64,000 nucleotides of DNA, from the NCBI GenBank assembly GCA_023265595.1, contig JAHFSU010000007.1:1440-65439 (forward strand). Direction: 5' to 3'. Under the pieces are notes generated by a model. The model was not told where the DNA came from, ran no database searches, and worked only from the letters and a program-made list of their open reading frames with translations. Shown one piece after another: positions 46,178 to 54,086 of this stretch; within the stretch, counting starts at the first letter, position 1, and the number at the start of each line of letters is the position of its first letter. This DNA is from Deltaproteobacteria bacterium (GTDB taxonomy: Bacteria; UBA10199; SPLOWO2-01-44-7). A program made the translations under genes and the position numbers.

Positions 46178-47131
46178 ATGGCTTTTCCAATATGTTTATG
46201 TAGGGGAGAGCGTGGTCCTCAAGGGCCTCGTGGTCCCCGGGGAGTTTCGGGACCAGCAGGATCACAAGGGTCTCAGGGCGAACAAGGTCCAAGCGGAGCC
46301 GACGGTATCTCATGTTTTGGTCAATCCATTCCAGAAGGTGTTTTAATTACCTGCGGCCAAGATACATATACAGTCTATCATGGTGAGCAAGGAATCCAAG
46401 GATTGCAAGGACCTCAAGGTTTAATGGGACCAGCGGGATCTCAAGGTCTTCCTGGAGCTGACGGAGATTCATGTACTGTAGAATCAATCGAGCAAGGAGC
46501 TTTCATTACTTGCGGCGAAAATAGTTCTTTGGTGAAGCATGGTGAAAGAGGGCTGGAAGGTCCGCAAGGTTTGCAGGGACTCCCCGGACCTCAAGGAGAA
46601 ATCGGCCCCCAAGGGCCACAGGGTGAAAGAGGGGCTCCAGGACTGATTGCGGGTGGACTGCATTTATTTGATGCAAACGGGCAAAACCTTGGAACTTTAG
46701 TTTACACTGATGGAACTGATTACAGGACTTACTTGTCAGCGCTCAATGCAGTCGTAGGATTTAGGTCTTTTTCACTCCGTGTTAATCAAGGGGCACCTCA
46801 TACAGCGAAAATTATAAGTAGTGGTACGATAAGGGTTTACTTTGACAGCCTCGATTGCAGTGGGCAATTATATTTGGAAGCTGCTGCACTTCTGAGTGAA
46901 TGGGGATTACAAGAAGTATATCCTATAGGTGCTCTGGGTGGCTATTATCGAATCGTCCCTAGCTCCCAGCTCGTTGATCTTAACTTCTCGTCATTATCGG
47001 AACCGATTGATGGCGGTTGCCAACAGACAGGCGTCACTTCATTGGTTGAGCCATTTTATCCACTTGAGGAATTATCTCTTCCCTTTGTTGAACCGTTGGG
47101 GTGGCCATTGAGAATAGGTATGGCTCAATAA
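46178..47131 (+). CDS. collagen-like triple-helix-repeat protein with interspersed two-Cys modules and a C-terminal globular domain
   Basis: Three G-X-Y runs (about 9-11 triplets each) are separated by SC..(Q/E)SI..G..ITCG......V.HGE modules. AAGGAGG SD. No signal peptide seen. Confidence 0.75.
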   Translation: MAFPICLCRGERGPQGPRGPRGVSGPAGSQGSQGEQGPSGADGISCFGQSIPEGVLITCGQDTYTVYHGEQGIQGLQGPQGLMGPAGSQGLPGADGDSCTVESIEQGAFITCGENSSLVKHGERGLEGPQGLQGLPGPQGEIGPQGPQGERGAPGLIAGGLHLFDANGQNLGTLVYTDGTDYRTYLSALNAVVGFRSFSLRVNQGAPHTAKIISSGTIRVYFDSLDCSGQLYLEAAALLSEWGLQEVYPIGALGGYYRIVPSSQLVDLNFSSLSEPIDGGCQQTGVTSLVEPFYPLEELSLPFVEPLGWPLRIGMAQ

Positions 47132-47182
47132 ATTCTCCAAAAATTCAATTTCTAACCGCACTTTTTTACATTTTGTGCGAGA

Positions 47183-47222
47183 CAGAACCTCAGACGGACT
47201 GGCAGAACCTCAGACGGACTGG
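47183..47222. repeat. perfect tandem duplication, 2 x 20 bp (cagaacctcagacggactgg)
   Basis: Read directly from the sequence. Confidence 0.9.
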
Positions 47223-47229
47223 AATTTAG

Positions 47230-47421
47230 TTGGGGTGGGATTTATTGCGGGACTATTGCCAGATGGATAACGCATTGTGGAACCGCTTTAATGGAGGCAA
47301 AGAGGGAACGCTCTGGTATTATCGAACGTTGACGGACACCTTTAAAAATGTCGGGTCTTCCCTATTAGTGGGAGAACTGGATCGTACCGTCAGCGAGCTG
47401 GAAAGATTGGCACAAAAATGA
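47230..47421 (+). CDS. small hypothetical ORF (start uncertain; ATG at 47263 possible)
   Basis: 63 codons. The stop overlaps the next small ORF (ATGA). Confidence 0.3.
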   Translation: MGWDLLRDYCQMDNALWNRFNGGKEGTLWYYRTLTDTFKNVGSSLLVGELDRTVSELERLAQK

Positions 47422-47576
47422 AACGTCTAATATCCATAATCGGCACCAAAGGGAAATCGCCGGAGCAAGCGGCGAAGGAAGTGTTCCAAGCACATCAGAA
47501 ATATCACAAGGTGAAGCAATCCGTCCTGAATCAGCAGATCAACAAACGCCATTCTCTCAAGTTAGTGAAGAAGTAG
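47418..47576 (+). CDS. small basic hypothetical ORF (52 aa)
   Basis: MKRLISIIGTKGKSPEQAAKEVFQAHQKYHKVKQ... Below the ORF-track size cutoff. Translationally coupled to 47230-47421. Confidence 0.25.
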   Translation: MKRLISIIGTKGKSPEQAAKEVFQAHQKYHKVKQSVLNQQINKRHSLKLVKK

Positions 47577-47848
47577 GTATTGAAAAAGGAGAAGAGGTAA
47601 TTATGAAACGAATGATAAATGGAATAGTTTTTGCCTTTCTATTGGGCTCAAATTTATATGCTTGGGAGGTGACCTAACCGCACTTTTTTCTATTTTGTGC
47701 GCAATATGCCTTCAAAGTTTCTCCAAACAGAGCATAATTATTTGGGTTAATACCTTTGCAAAGATCTGAAAGAATATTTTTTAGCATTTCATCTCCACAA
47801 AGGTGTGGGTATTTTAAGCAGAACCATGTGGCAAAAACTAAATAGGTA

Positions 47849-47891
47849 CCGCTACCTGGTAGGGAAAGACCTTTTTCTACCAGGTAGCAGG
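47849..47891. repeat. hairpin H3
   Basis: ccgctacctggtagggaaagacctttttctaccaggtagcagg. Preceded by ataggta, as at H1. Confidence 0.85.
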
Positions 47892-48206
47892 TTTTCTAGA
47901 ATTAGGCAACGTTGTTGGAAAGACATCTATTCCGAAGTGATCCAAGTGTGCTAAAATGAAAGATAAAAGGGTCAAGTTGGAGTTCCTCCAATTTAATGGT
48001 AACTTAAATTAACGGAAGTGTGTACTTAACGCACAGCCTGCTTAAACTAGGATTTTAACGAAACAATCCATTTTATTTCGACCTTTTTTTCTTCTTTGGG
48101 CCAACCACCCTTTGGTTGTTTTTTATCAAGGGATTGCTTAACTGCCTTATCCAACTCTAAACCATTGATTTTTATTAGCTTTTAATTTTTACCATAAAAA
48201 TGAGTG

Positions 48207-48249
48207 CCGCTACCTGGTAGGGAAAGACCTTTTTCTACCAGGTAGCGGG
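48207..48249. repeat. hairpin H4
   Basis: ccgctacctggtagggaaagacctttttctaccaggtagcggg. Ends 1 nt from the HNH gene stop. Confidence 0.85.
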
Positions 48250-48250
48250 T

Positions 48251-48943
48251 TTATTCAATCTTATCTGACTTTTGTAGATTGTGCTTCATGCAAAGAAGTC
48301 GGACGTTTTTTGCTGATAGACTAGTCCCGCCTTGAGAAAATGGAAGATCGTGATCAAAGTGTAGGTTCTTTGTGTCTCCACATATCGTGCATCTTCCAGC
48401 ATCACGCTTCCACACCTCTCTTTTTACTTCTGACGGAATTAGTCTGGTATGTTCAAGAATCTTGTTGTCGGCTACGTTTTCATTTCTATCAGACAATCTT
48501 AAAATAAAACGATACACGCTTCGTTTCCCATCATGAATTTGTTTATAATTAATGAGATCGAAAAATCCTTTTAGTGACCAGACACCGGAAAATATTTTTT
48601 CATAAACCTTAATGAGCTCGGGAAGTCTATTGTTTTCCTTACATTCTTTTATCGCGTTGATGAATAGTCCATTCTGGGCAAGTTTTCCTGAGGGCAATGT
48701 TTCAGGCTGATCTTCCATTTTTGGGTGATGATTAAACGCTTTTTTAGAAATGTCATGTCCTTCATATTCAATTGTTATTCCATCATCCCAAACTTTATCT
48801 CTGTAAGGAGCATTTGACCGTTGAGACATCAAGATTACTGAATATCCAGGATTCATTCTGAAATTCATACCTCGCTGAAGCGTTTGGACATTTTCAGCGT
48901 CACACATCTCTCGGTAACTTAAAATGTCGTCAAGAATTTTCAT
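48251..48943 (-). CDS. HNH endonuclease with an N-terminal SRA/PUA-like domain (type IV restriction-like)
   Basis: C-terminus CTICGDTKNLHFDHDLPFSQGG...NVRLLCMKHNLQKSDK. The N-terminal 170 aa resemble modified-base reader domains, but that assignment is weak. Confidence 0.6.
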   Translation of the reverse strand: MKILDDILSYREMCDAENVQTLQRGMNFRMNPGYSVILMSQRSNAPYRDKVWDDGITIEYEGHDISKKAFNHHPKMEDQPETLPSGKLAQNGLFINAIKECKENNRLPELIKVYEKIFSGVWSLKGFFDLINYKQIHDGKRSVYRFILRLSDRNENVADNKILEHTRLIPSEVKREVWKRDAGRCTICGDTKNLHFDHDLPFSQGGTSLSAKNVRLLCMKHNLQKSDKIE

Positions 48944-49000
48944 GATTTTTAAAGGAGCAACATAAAGGAATCAAGTTTTGATCTTTTCATTTTTTTAACC

Positions 49001-49039
49001 AAAAAACCTCGCCAATTTTTTTAAAATCAGCGAGGTTTT
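49001..49039 (-). terminator. intrinsic terminator downstream of tRNA-Asn
   Basis: The minus strand reads aaaaCCTCGC-N17-GCGAGGttttttgg. Confidence 0.6.
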
Positions 49040-49063
49040 GAGTTCGGGTTCACACCCTATTTG

Positions 49064-49137
49064 CTCCGCGGGCAGGATTCGAACCTGCGACGGGGTGATT
49101 AACAGTCACCTGCTCTACCAGGCTGAGCTACCGCGGA
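49064..49137 (-). tRNA. tRNA-Asn (anticodon GTT)
   Basis: Hand-folded cloverleaf: TCCGCGG TA GCTC AGCCTGGTA GAGC A GGTGA CTGTTAA TCACC CCGTC GCAGG TTCGAAT CCTGC CCGCGGA G. CCA is not encoded. Confidence 0.92.
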
Positions 49138-49373
49138 AGAATAAACTTCAAACACTGTCTCCCATTCCCAGATTTAAAAAACTTTTCTCTTCGTATTGCC
49201 AAATCTTTATCGCTAAATTCCTCATAATATACCAACTCAAAAGGCCTATTTATTTTTGTATATTTATTAGCTCCAAAATTATGCTCTTCTAACCGTTCCT
49301 TTGGGGGTTTACTGGTATAGCCAATATATCTCTTCCCATTTCGCAAGCTTTTTAAAACATAAACATAAAACAT
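49128..49373 (-). CDS. stand-alone GIY-YIG nuclease-domain protein (UPF0213-like)
   Basis: MFYVYVLKSLRNGKRYIGYTSKPPKERLEEHN. The stop codon TAG lies inside the first bases of tRNA-Asn. Confidence 0.7.
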   Translation of the reverse strand: MFYVYVLKSLRNGKRYIGYTSKPPKERLEEHNFGANKYTKINRPFELVYYEEFSDKDLAIRREKFFKSGNGRQCLKFILPR

Positions 49374-49389
49374 TTTTATCAACAGTCTG

Positions 49390-49446
49390 CCCGCCACCAC
49401 TGCGTGGCGGGTCCGCCATGCTGTAATGGCGGAAGCTACCGCGGAA
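49390..49446. repeat. twin abutting hairpins plus a duplicated tRNA-Asn 5-prime end
   Basis: cccgccac-cactgc-gtggcggg and tccgccat-gctgta-atggcgga, then agctaccgcggaa (49434-49446), identical to 49126-49138. Confidence 0.85.
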
Positions 49447-49497
49447 TAAAAACAGTACCCCCTAACATTTTCATTTCAGAGTGTAAAGGATTGGAAA

Positions 49498-50814
49498 CTA
49501 ACGCAGATAGCCCCACGTATGCAACTGGTCGCTTTCGGTAGCCCACGAAGAGCCGATGTCGGTCCGGTAAAACATGTTGGGAATTAAAATATTTTTGATG
49601 CGGCCATAGGCCATTTTTCGGGCACTCTCCACTGTGGTACCGTTGCCGGTCACCACCAACACGACGCCGGAAACCCCCGCAATCCGCCACGTACCCTCAT
49701 CATTTTTGACATCTTCAATGTGAATCCCATCCAGACCGTTCGGATTTTTGAAAGCAACCGCCACATCTTTATAGATATTGAGAAGCTCTTCGTCGTTGTC
49801 GCTGGCAAAATAGGTCGGGATTAAAATCCGGACTCCCAGTTGGAAACCCTTTTTCGTTTTAAGTTCAAATGACTCGCCATGGGCCAAACGATAAAGCCAT
49901 TCTCCGGCCGGCGTTGTGATCCCTTCCAGTTGAATCTGGATGGTCGGAAACCCAAACCGCGAGGTGAATTCCAAAGGGTAAATGCCGCGCCCGTTCACAA
50001 TGCAATTGATATCGATGTAGCCGATGTATCCGGATTCTTTCAACGCCGGCAGCATTTTTTTCAACGTCTCATCAAATAAGACATTGGGAGAGCTCCAATA
50101 AACAAGGGTTCCCATCTCTCCGCTAAAGGGCCCGATGTTTCCCGGATAAATCCGTTTGTGTTCGAAATTGACGCAGATGGGATAAATAAAATCGCTGCCG
50201 TTGAAAAAAGCGCCGACGGCAACCTCCACGCCCGAGATATATTTTTGCAATAAAAAGACCGGCGTCTTTTTGCTCCACGATTTTTTGTTTTGTTCCAACA
50301 ATCCCAAAAGGTCGCGCCCGTCCTCCTCCTGACCCAAGAAAAGAAGCCCTTTGCCGCCCGATGGGGTGTTTCCAGACGGCTTGAAAACATAGCGCCCCGG
50401 ATTTTCTTTGATGAAGCGAATCCCTTCCTCATAATTTTCAAATTGCCAGCTGGGAAGAACATTGACATCGTATTTTTTCAGCTCGGCCTGCCCAAACTCC
50501 CGGTCGATTTCAAGCCGGTCGGTATAGACTGTGCCGCCGATCACCTTTTTTCCTTCGCGCCGGAGTTTCTCGGCCGCCTCTCCAAACTCGACATCGTCAA
50601 AAATAACGACATCGGCCCAAGCCGCGTGCGGTTCCCATGCATCGACCCTGTTTAGAAAGCCGTCATAAACATCGTCATCCGATTTGGCCTGAATATAAAC
50701 TTTGACTTCGTGCCCCTCTTTGGTGAGATGCCAAGCCAAATCGCCGCTCAAACTTTCGAGAGAGACAAAAAGAAATTTTTTAGGGGAAAAGTGTGGATCG
50801 TTTTTATCAAACAT
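49498..50814 (-). CDS. PurD-like ATP-grasp enzyme (phosphoribosylamine--glycine ligase family)
   Basis: ATP-grasp core (YVFKPSG....GKG, LLQKYISGVE, PLEFTSRFG). The N-terminal domain is atypical. Confidence 0.55.
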   Translation of the reverse strand: MFDKNDPHFSPKKFLFVSLESLSGDLAWHLTKEGHEVKVYIQAKSDDDVYDGFLNRVDAWEPHAAWADVVIFDDVEFGEAAEKLRREGKKVIGGTVYTDRLEIDREFGQAELKKYDVNVLPSWQFENYEEGIRFIKENPGRYVFKPSGNTPSGGKGLLFLGQEEDGRDLLGLLEQNKKSWSKKTPVFLLQKYISGVEVAVGAFFNGSDFIYPICVNFEHKRIYPGNIGPFSGEMGTLVYWSSPNVLFDETLKKMLPALKESGYIGYIDINCIVNGRGIYPLEFTSRFGFPTIQIQLEGITTPAGEWLYRLAHGESFELKTKKGFQLGVRILIPTYFASDNDEELLNIYKDVAVAFKNPNGLDGIHIEDVKNDEGTWRIAGVSGVVLVVTGNGTTVESARKMAYGRIKNILIPNMFYRTDIGSSWATESDQLHTWGYLR

Positions 50815-50886
50815 GTCGATCCGATATTTATTATTGTTTTTGGGGAGGAGTCAACTCTTTTATCTGAATGTGACATCGGTGATGTT

Positions 50887-50924
50887 CACCCTCTCCCTAA
50901 CCCTCCCCCATCCAGGGGGAGGGA
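50887..50924. repeat. GC-rich palindromic element, family 3
   Basis: caccctctccctaaccctcccccatccagggggaggga. Confidence 0.8.
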
Positions 50925-50936
50925 ACAAGGAAATAA

Positions 50937-52226
50937 CTATATTCTGGTTGAGACACTCTGCGTAGAGCTATCGTAACTCAAGAGCCCCGCAAATTGACAC
51001 CAGTTGAGCAACGTACCGAATATTTTAGCCGGGTCTTCCTGGGGCAATAGAATGGCCAAGTGTTCCAAAAGGATATCTTTGGGGAGTTTTTTCTCTTCCG
51101 AGCGTTCTAAAAGACCCAATACAGAATGGACAACGGAGAGTCCCTTCAATTGTGTTTTGAAAATCTCTTTCTTTCTTTTCCATGTTGCTCGGACAACCTC
51201 TTTGCCCAAATCGGTCAGCAAAATCCGGTGATGCGGCGTATCGATCATGTCCAAAATTTCCGCCGCTTTGACTAAAGAGACCACTTTGACAAAAGCTCGG
51301 TTCATCTTTTGTGAGAACTGAAAAATGTCGAGACCGCCGCCGCTTTCATCGATTGTTTTCAAAAGGCCGATCACATCGCCTATTTCAACACTGGGCAACG
51401 GTTCCATCCGATGGACCCAATAGCTCTCCCGTTCTTTTTCGGAGATGTTCGGAAGCAGTGCATTGGAACAGACCGTATGCAACTGGACCTCCAACGCCTG
51501 AAACGGGACCGAATCGGGGTCGCGCGGAAACGGAAGATCGTTGTGGACAATCGTCCGGATGCGGCCCGGATTGATCCCCATCACTAAAATCCGGTTGGCC
51601 ATAAAAACGGCGTCTTCGATATTGGAGGTGATGAAGATGGAGCTGTCAACCGGCGCCTGTTTGTCGAGTAAAAGTTGCATGATGTCGTGGCGGAGCGACC
51701 GGGCGCTTAAGATGTCAAGCTCGGCAAAGGGTTCATCCATGAATAAAATTTCCGGTTTGACGGCCAGCGCCCGCGCGATATTGAGCCGCTGTTGCATGCC
51801 GCTCGAAAGCTCTTTGGGGAGTGCATTTTCATAGCCGCTCAATCCCCCTTTTTCGATCGACTCTTTTGCGATCGCCTGTGTCGTTTTTTTGTCGAGCCCC
51901 AACGCCTGCAAAACCATTTCGATATTTTGGGAAACGGTAAACCACGGAAGCAGTGAATAATCCTGAAACACGACGCCGATCTGCGGAAGCAATCCGCTAA
52001 CGGCAACGCCGCGATAGTAAAGTTCGCCGCGGGTCGAAGGGATAAGGCCCATCAAAATGCGCATCAATGTTGTTTTGCCGCAGCCCGAAGGACCCAAGAT
52101 GGCGAGCGTCTCCCCCAAAGTAAGCGAAAGATCGATTTGCGACAGGATCGGAATCCGGTTTCCGGAGGAGGGGACCACTTCATAATCGATCCCTTTTGCT
52201 TCCAATAAAATGAGAGCGTCATTCAT
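50937..52226 (-). CDS. ABC transporter ATP-binding protein (NitT/TauT family) with an extra C-terminal domain
   Basis: Walker A GPSGCGKTT, signature LSSGMQQR and Walker B ILFMDEPF. Confidence 0.85.
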   Translation of the reverse strand: MNDALILLEAKGIDYEVVPSSGNRIPILSQIDLSLTLGETLAILGPSGCGKTTLMRILMGLIPSTRGELYYRGVAVSGLLPQIGVVFQDYSLLPWFTVSQNIEMVLQALGLDKKTTQAIAKESIEKGGLSGYENALPKELSSGMQQRLNIARALAVKPEILFMDEPFAELDILSARSLRHDIMQLLLDKQAPVDSSIFITSNIEDAVFMANRILVMGINPGRIRTIVHNDLPFPRDPDSVPFQALEVQLHTVCSNALLPNISEKERESYWVHRMEPLPSVEIGDVIGLLKTIDESGGGLDIFQFSQKMNRAFVKVVSLVKAAEILDMIDTPHHRILLTDLGKEVVRATWKRKKEIFKTQLKGLSVVHSVLGLLERSEEKKLPKDILLEHLAILLPQEDPAKIFGTLLNWCQFAGLLSYDSSTQSVSTRI

Positions 52227-52236
52227 ATTTGCCAGT

Positions 52237-54006
52237 TCATGAGAAACGGGTTTCAGCCAGTTCGCTTATTTTTTTCCAAAACAGACGGTTGAAACCGATC
52301 ACGAATAAAACCATCACAACAAGGGCGGCTGTCAACATAACATAATCTTCATGAGCGGCCGAACGGCTCATGATGGAGCCGAGGCCCATCGTTGTAAAAA
52401 TTTCACCGCGATAGGGGATATATTCGGCAACAATCGCCGCATTCCAGCCCGCGCCGGCTGCGGTAATCCAACCGGTCACCAAAAACGGGAAGAGGGCGGG
52501 AAGAATTATTTTTTTCATCTGCAAACTAAACGGAAGCCGATAGGTTGTCGACAGTTCCTTAAAACCTTGGGGCAAAGAGGCGGCACCCGCAATCGTGTTG
52601 AACAAGAGATACCATTGCAACGCCAAAGTCAGCAAAATGATGGAGCCCCACCCCATGCCGACATGCAACGTATGCAAACCGATGAGGACTAAAGGGAAAA
52701 GCATCGGCATCGGAAAGGCGGCGGCGATCTGGACTAGCGGCTGGGCCCAACGGGTGATTTTCGGAAAAAATCCGATCAAGATCCCTAAGGGAATCGCCCA
52801 TAAAGAGGCCAGCGCGAGACTGACAAAAACGCGAAGGCTTGTCAGCCCGGCCCCCCTTAATATTTCCAGCCATTTTGAGAAATCGATAGAAATTAAAAGC
52901 GAAATCAAAAGGCCAAAACCCAAGAGACTCAAAATCACAAACGCGGTGAAAAATAAAATAAACATTCCCCTCCCCCCAACCCTCGGAACAGCGGCTCTGC
53001 CGCCCCATGTGCCGGAGTCTCCGACTCCGGCCTTCCACAAGGAGAGAGGGAGAGTCTCTCTCTTTCTCCGACTTACATCAATTTTGGTCATCATCCGGTT
53101 GATGAAAAAGAAAAAACGTTCCATCAACCGATCCAAGAGGGTCGATTTTTTCAAAACGCGATAGATAAAAACCTCGGGTATTTTATGGGTCTGCACCGTC
53201 TCCCATTTGAAGCGAGAGGCCCAAGACATCAGCGGCCGCCACAAAAAAACTTCAAGGAGCAAAATCAGGGCGAGCATCGTGAGACCGCCGGCCGCAATGG
53301 CCGCCTTGTCCCCATGGTTGATCGCAACACTCATGTAGGCGCCCAAACCGGGAAGGCGAAAATCCTTTCCCTTTAAAACAAACGATTCGCAAATCATCAG
53401 AAAAAACCAGCCGCCGGCGACCGACATCATCGCGTTCCAAACCAACGGGATCATGCCAAAAGGGACCTGCACCCAAAAAAATTTTCTTAAAAATTTCAGG
53501 CCGTAGATATTTGAAATATCTTTTAAAGCCTGCGGCGTCTGTTTGGCCGACTGGTAGATGCTAAAGGTCATGTTCCAGACCTGCGAGGTAAAAATCATCA
53601 GAATCGCCATGAGTTCAAGCCCGATCCGGCTGTTGGGGAAAAGGGCCATCATCACAATGGCAAGCCCCGGCAAAAATCCCAAAACCGGAACGCTTTGCAG
53701 GATATCGAGAATGGGGATCATCCACTTTTCCGCCTTCCGGTTTGTGGCGGCGACGGTTCCGTAGACAAGACTGAAAACAATGGAGAGGATCAACGCCAAA
53801 AAGGCGCGGGCCATGGAAAAAGAGGCGTAGAGCGGCAGGGCCGACATCTTCAGATCGATCTGCATGGAAGGGAGCGCCGTTTTTTTCCAAGTCAGACCGA
53901 CATAAAAAAGGAGATAAACAAAAATGCCTAAAAATCCGAAGGTCAAAACATCGGCTATCGAAAATTTTTTGAGTTGCGGCCAAACGGTTTTGAGATACAT
54001 GTGCAA
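52237..54006 (-). CDS. ABC transporter permease, duplicated (two fused BPD-type halves)
   Basis: 589 aa with about 12 TM segments. A family-3 repeat lies in frame in the inter-half linker. Confidence 0.8.
   Translation of the reverse strand: MHMYLKTVWPQLKKFSIADVLTFGFLGIFVYLLFYVGLTWKKTALPSMQIDLKMSALPLYASFSMARAFLALILSIVFSLVYGTVAATNRKAEKWMIPILDILQSVPVLGFLPGLAIVMMALFPNSRIGLELMAILMIFTSQVWNMTFSIYQSAKQTPQALKDISNIYGLKFLRKFFWVQVPFGMIPLVWNAMMSVAGGWFFLMICESFVLKGKDFRLPGLGAYMSVAINHGDKAAIAAGGLTMLALILLLEVFLWRPLMSWASRFKWETVQTHKIPEVFIYRVLKKSTLLDRLMERFFFFINRMMTKIDVSRRKRETLPLSLWKAGVGDSGTWGGRAAVPRVGGRGMFILFFTAFVILSLLGFGLLISLLISIDFSKWLEILRGAGLTSLRVFVSLALASLWAIPLGILIGFFPKITRWAQPLVQIAAAFPMPMLFPLVLIGLHTLHVGMGWGSIILLTLALQWYLLFNTIAGAASLPQGFKELSTTYRLPFSLQMKKIILPALFPFLVTGWITAAGAGWNAAIVAEYIPYRGEIFTTMGLGSIMSRSAAHEDYVMLTAALVVMVLFVIGFNRLFWKKISELAETRFS
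52966..53052. repeat. GC-rich palindromic element, family 3 (long form), in frame inside the permease gene
   Basis: Translated on the minus strand as ...LWKAGVGDSGTWGGRAAVPRVGGRG... Confidence 0.8.
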
Positions 54007-54086
54007 ACTATTTCTATCACGTTTTAGATTCTACCGCTACGGCTTATCATATTGACTTCTCCGGATTATTGGCTTACGCCCGCTTC

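Noticed and set aside
42293-48249. Hairpin repeats H1-H4 as a CRISPR array
   Set aside because: The spacing is irregular (about 1.0, 4.5 and 0.36 kb). Protein-coding genes lie between the copies, and no cas genes are present.
41202-48249. Integron gene-cassette array with attC sites
   Set aside because: Neither the hairpins nor the 28-nt motif carry the inverted RYYYAAC/GTTRRRY core sites. The genes are in mixed orientation, and no IntI-type integrase or attI is visible. The resemblance is only conceptual.
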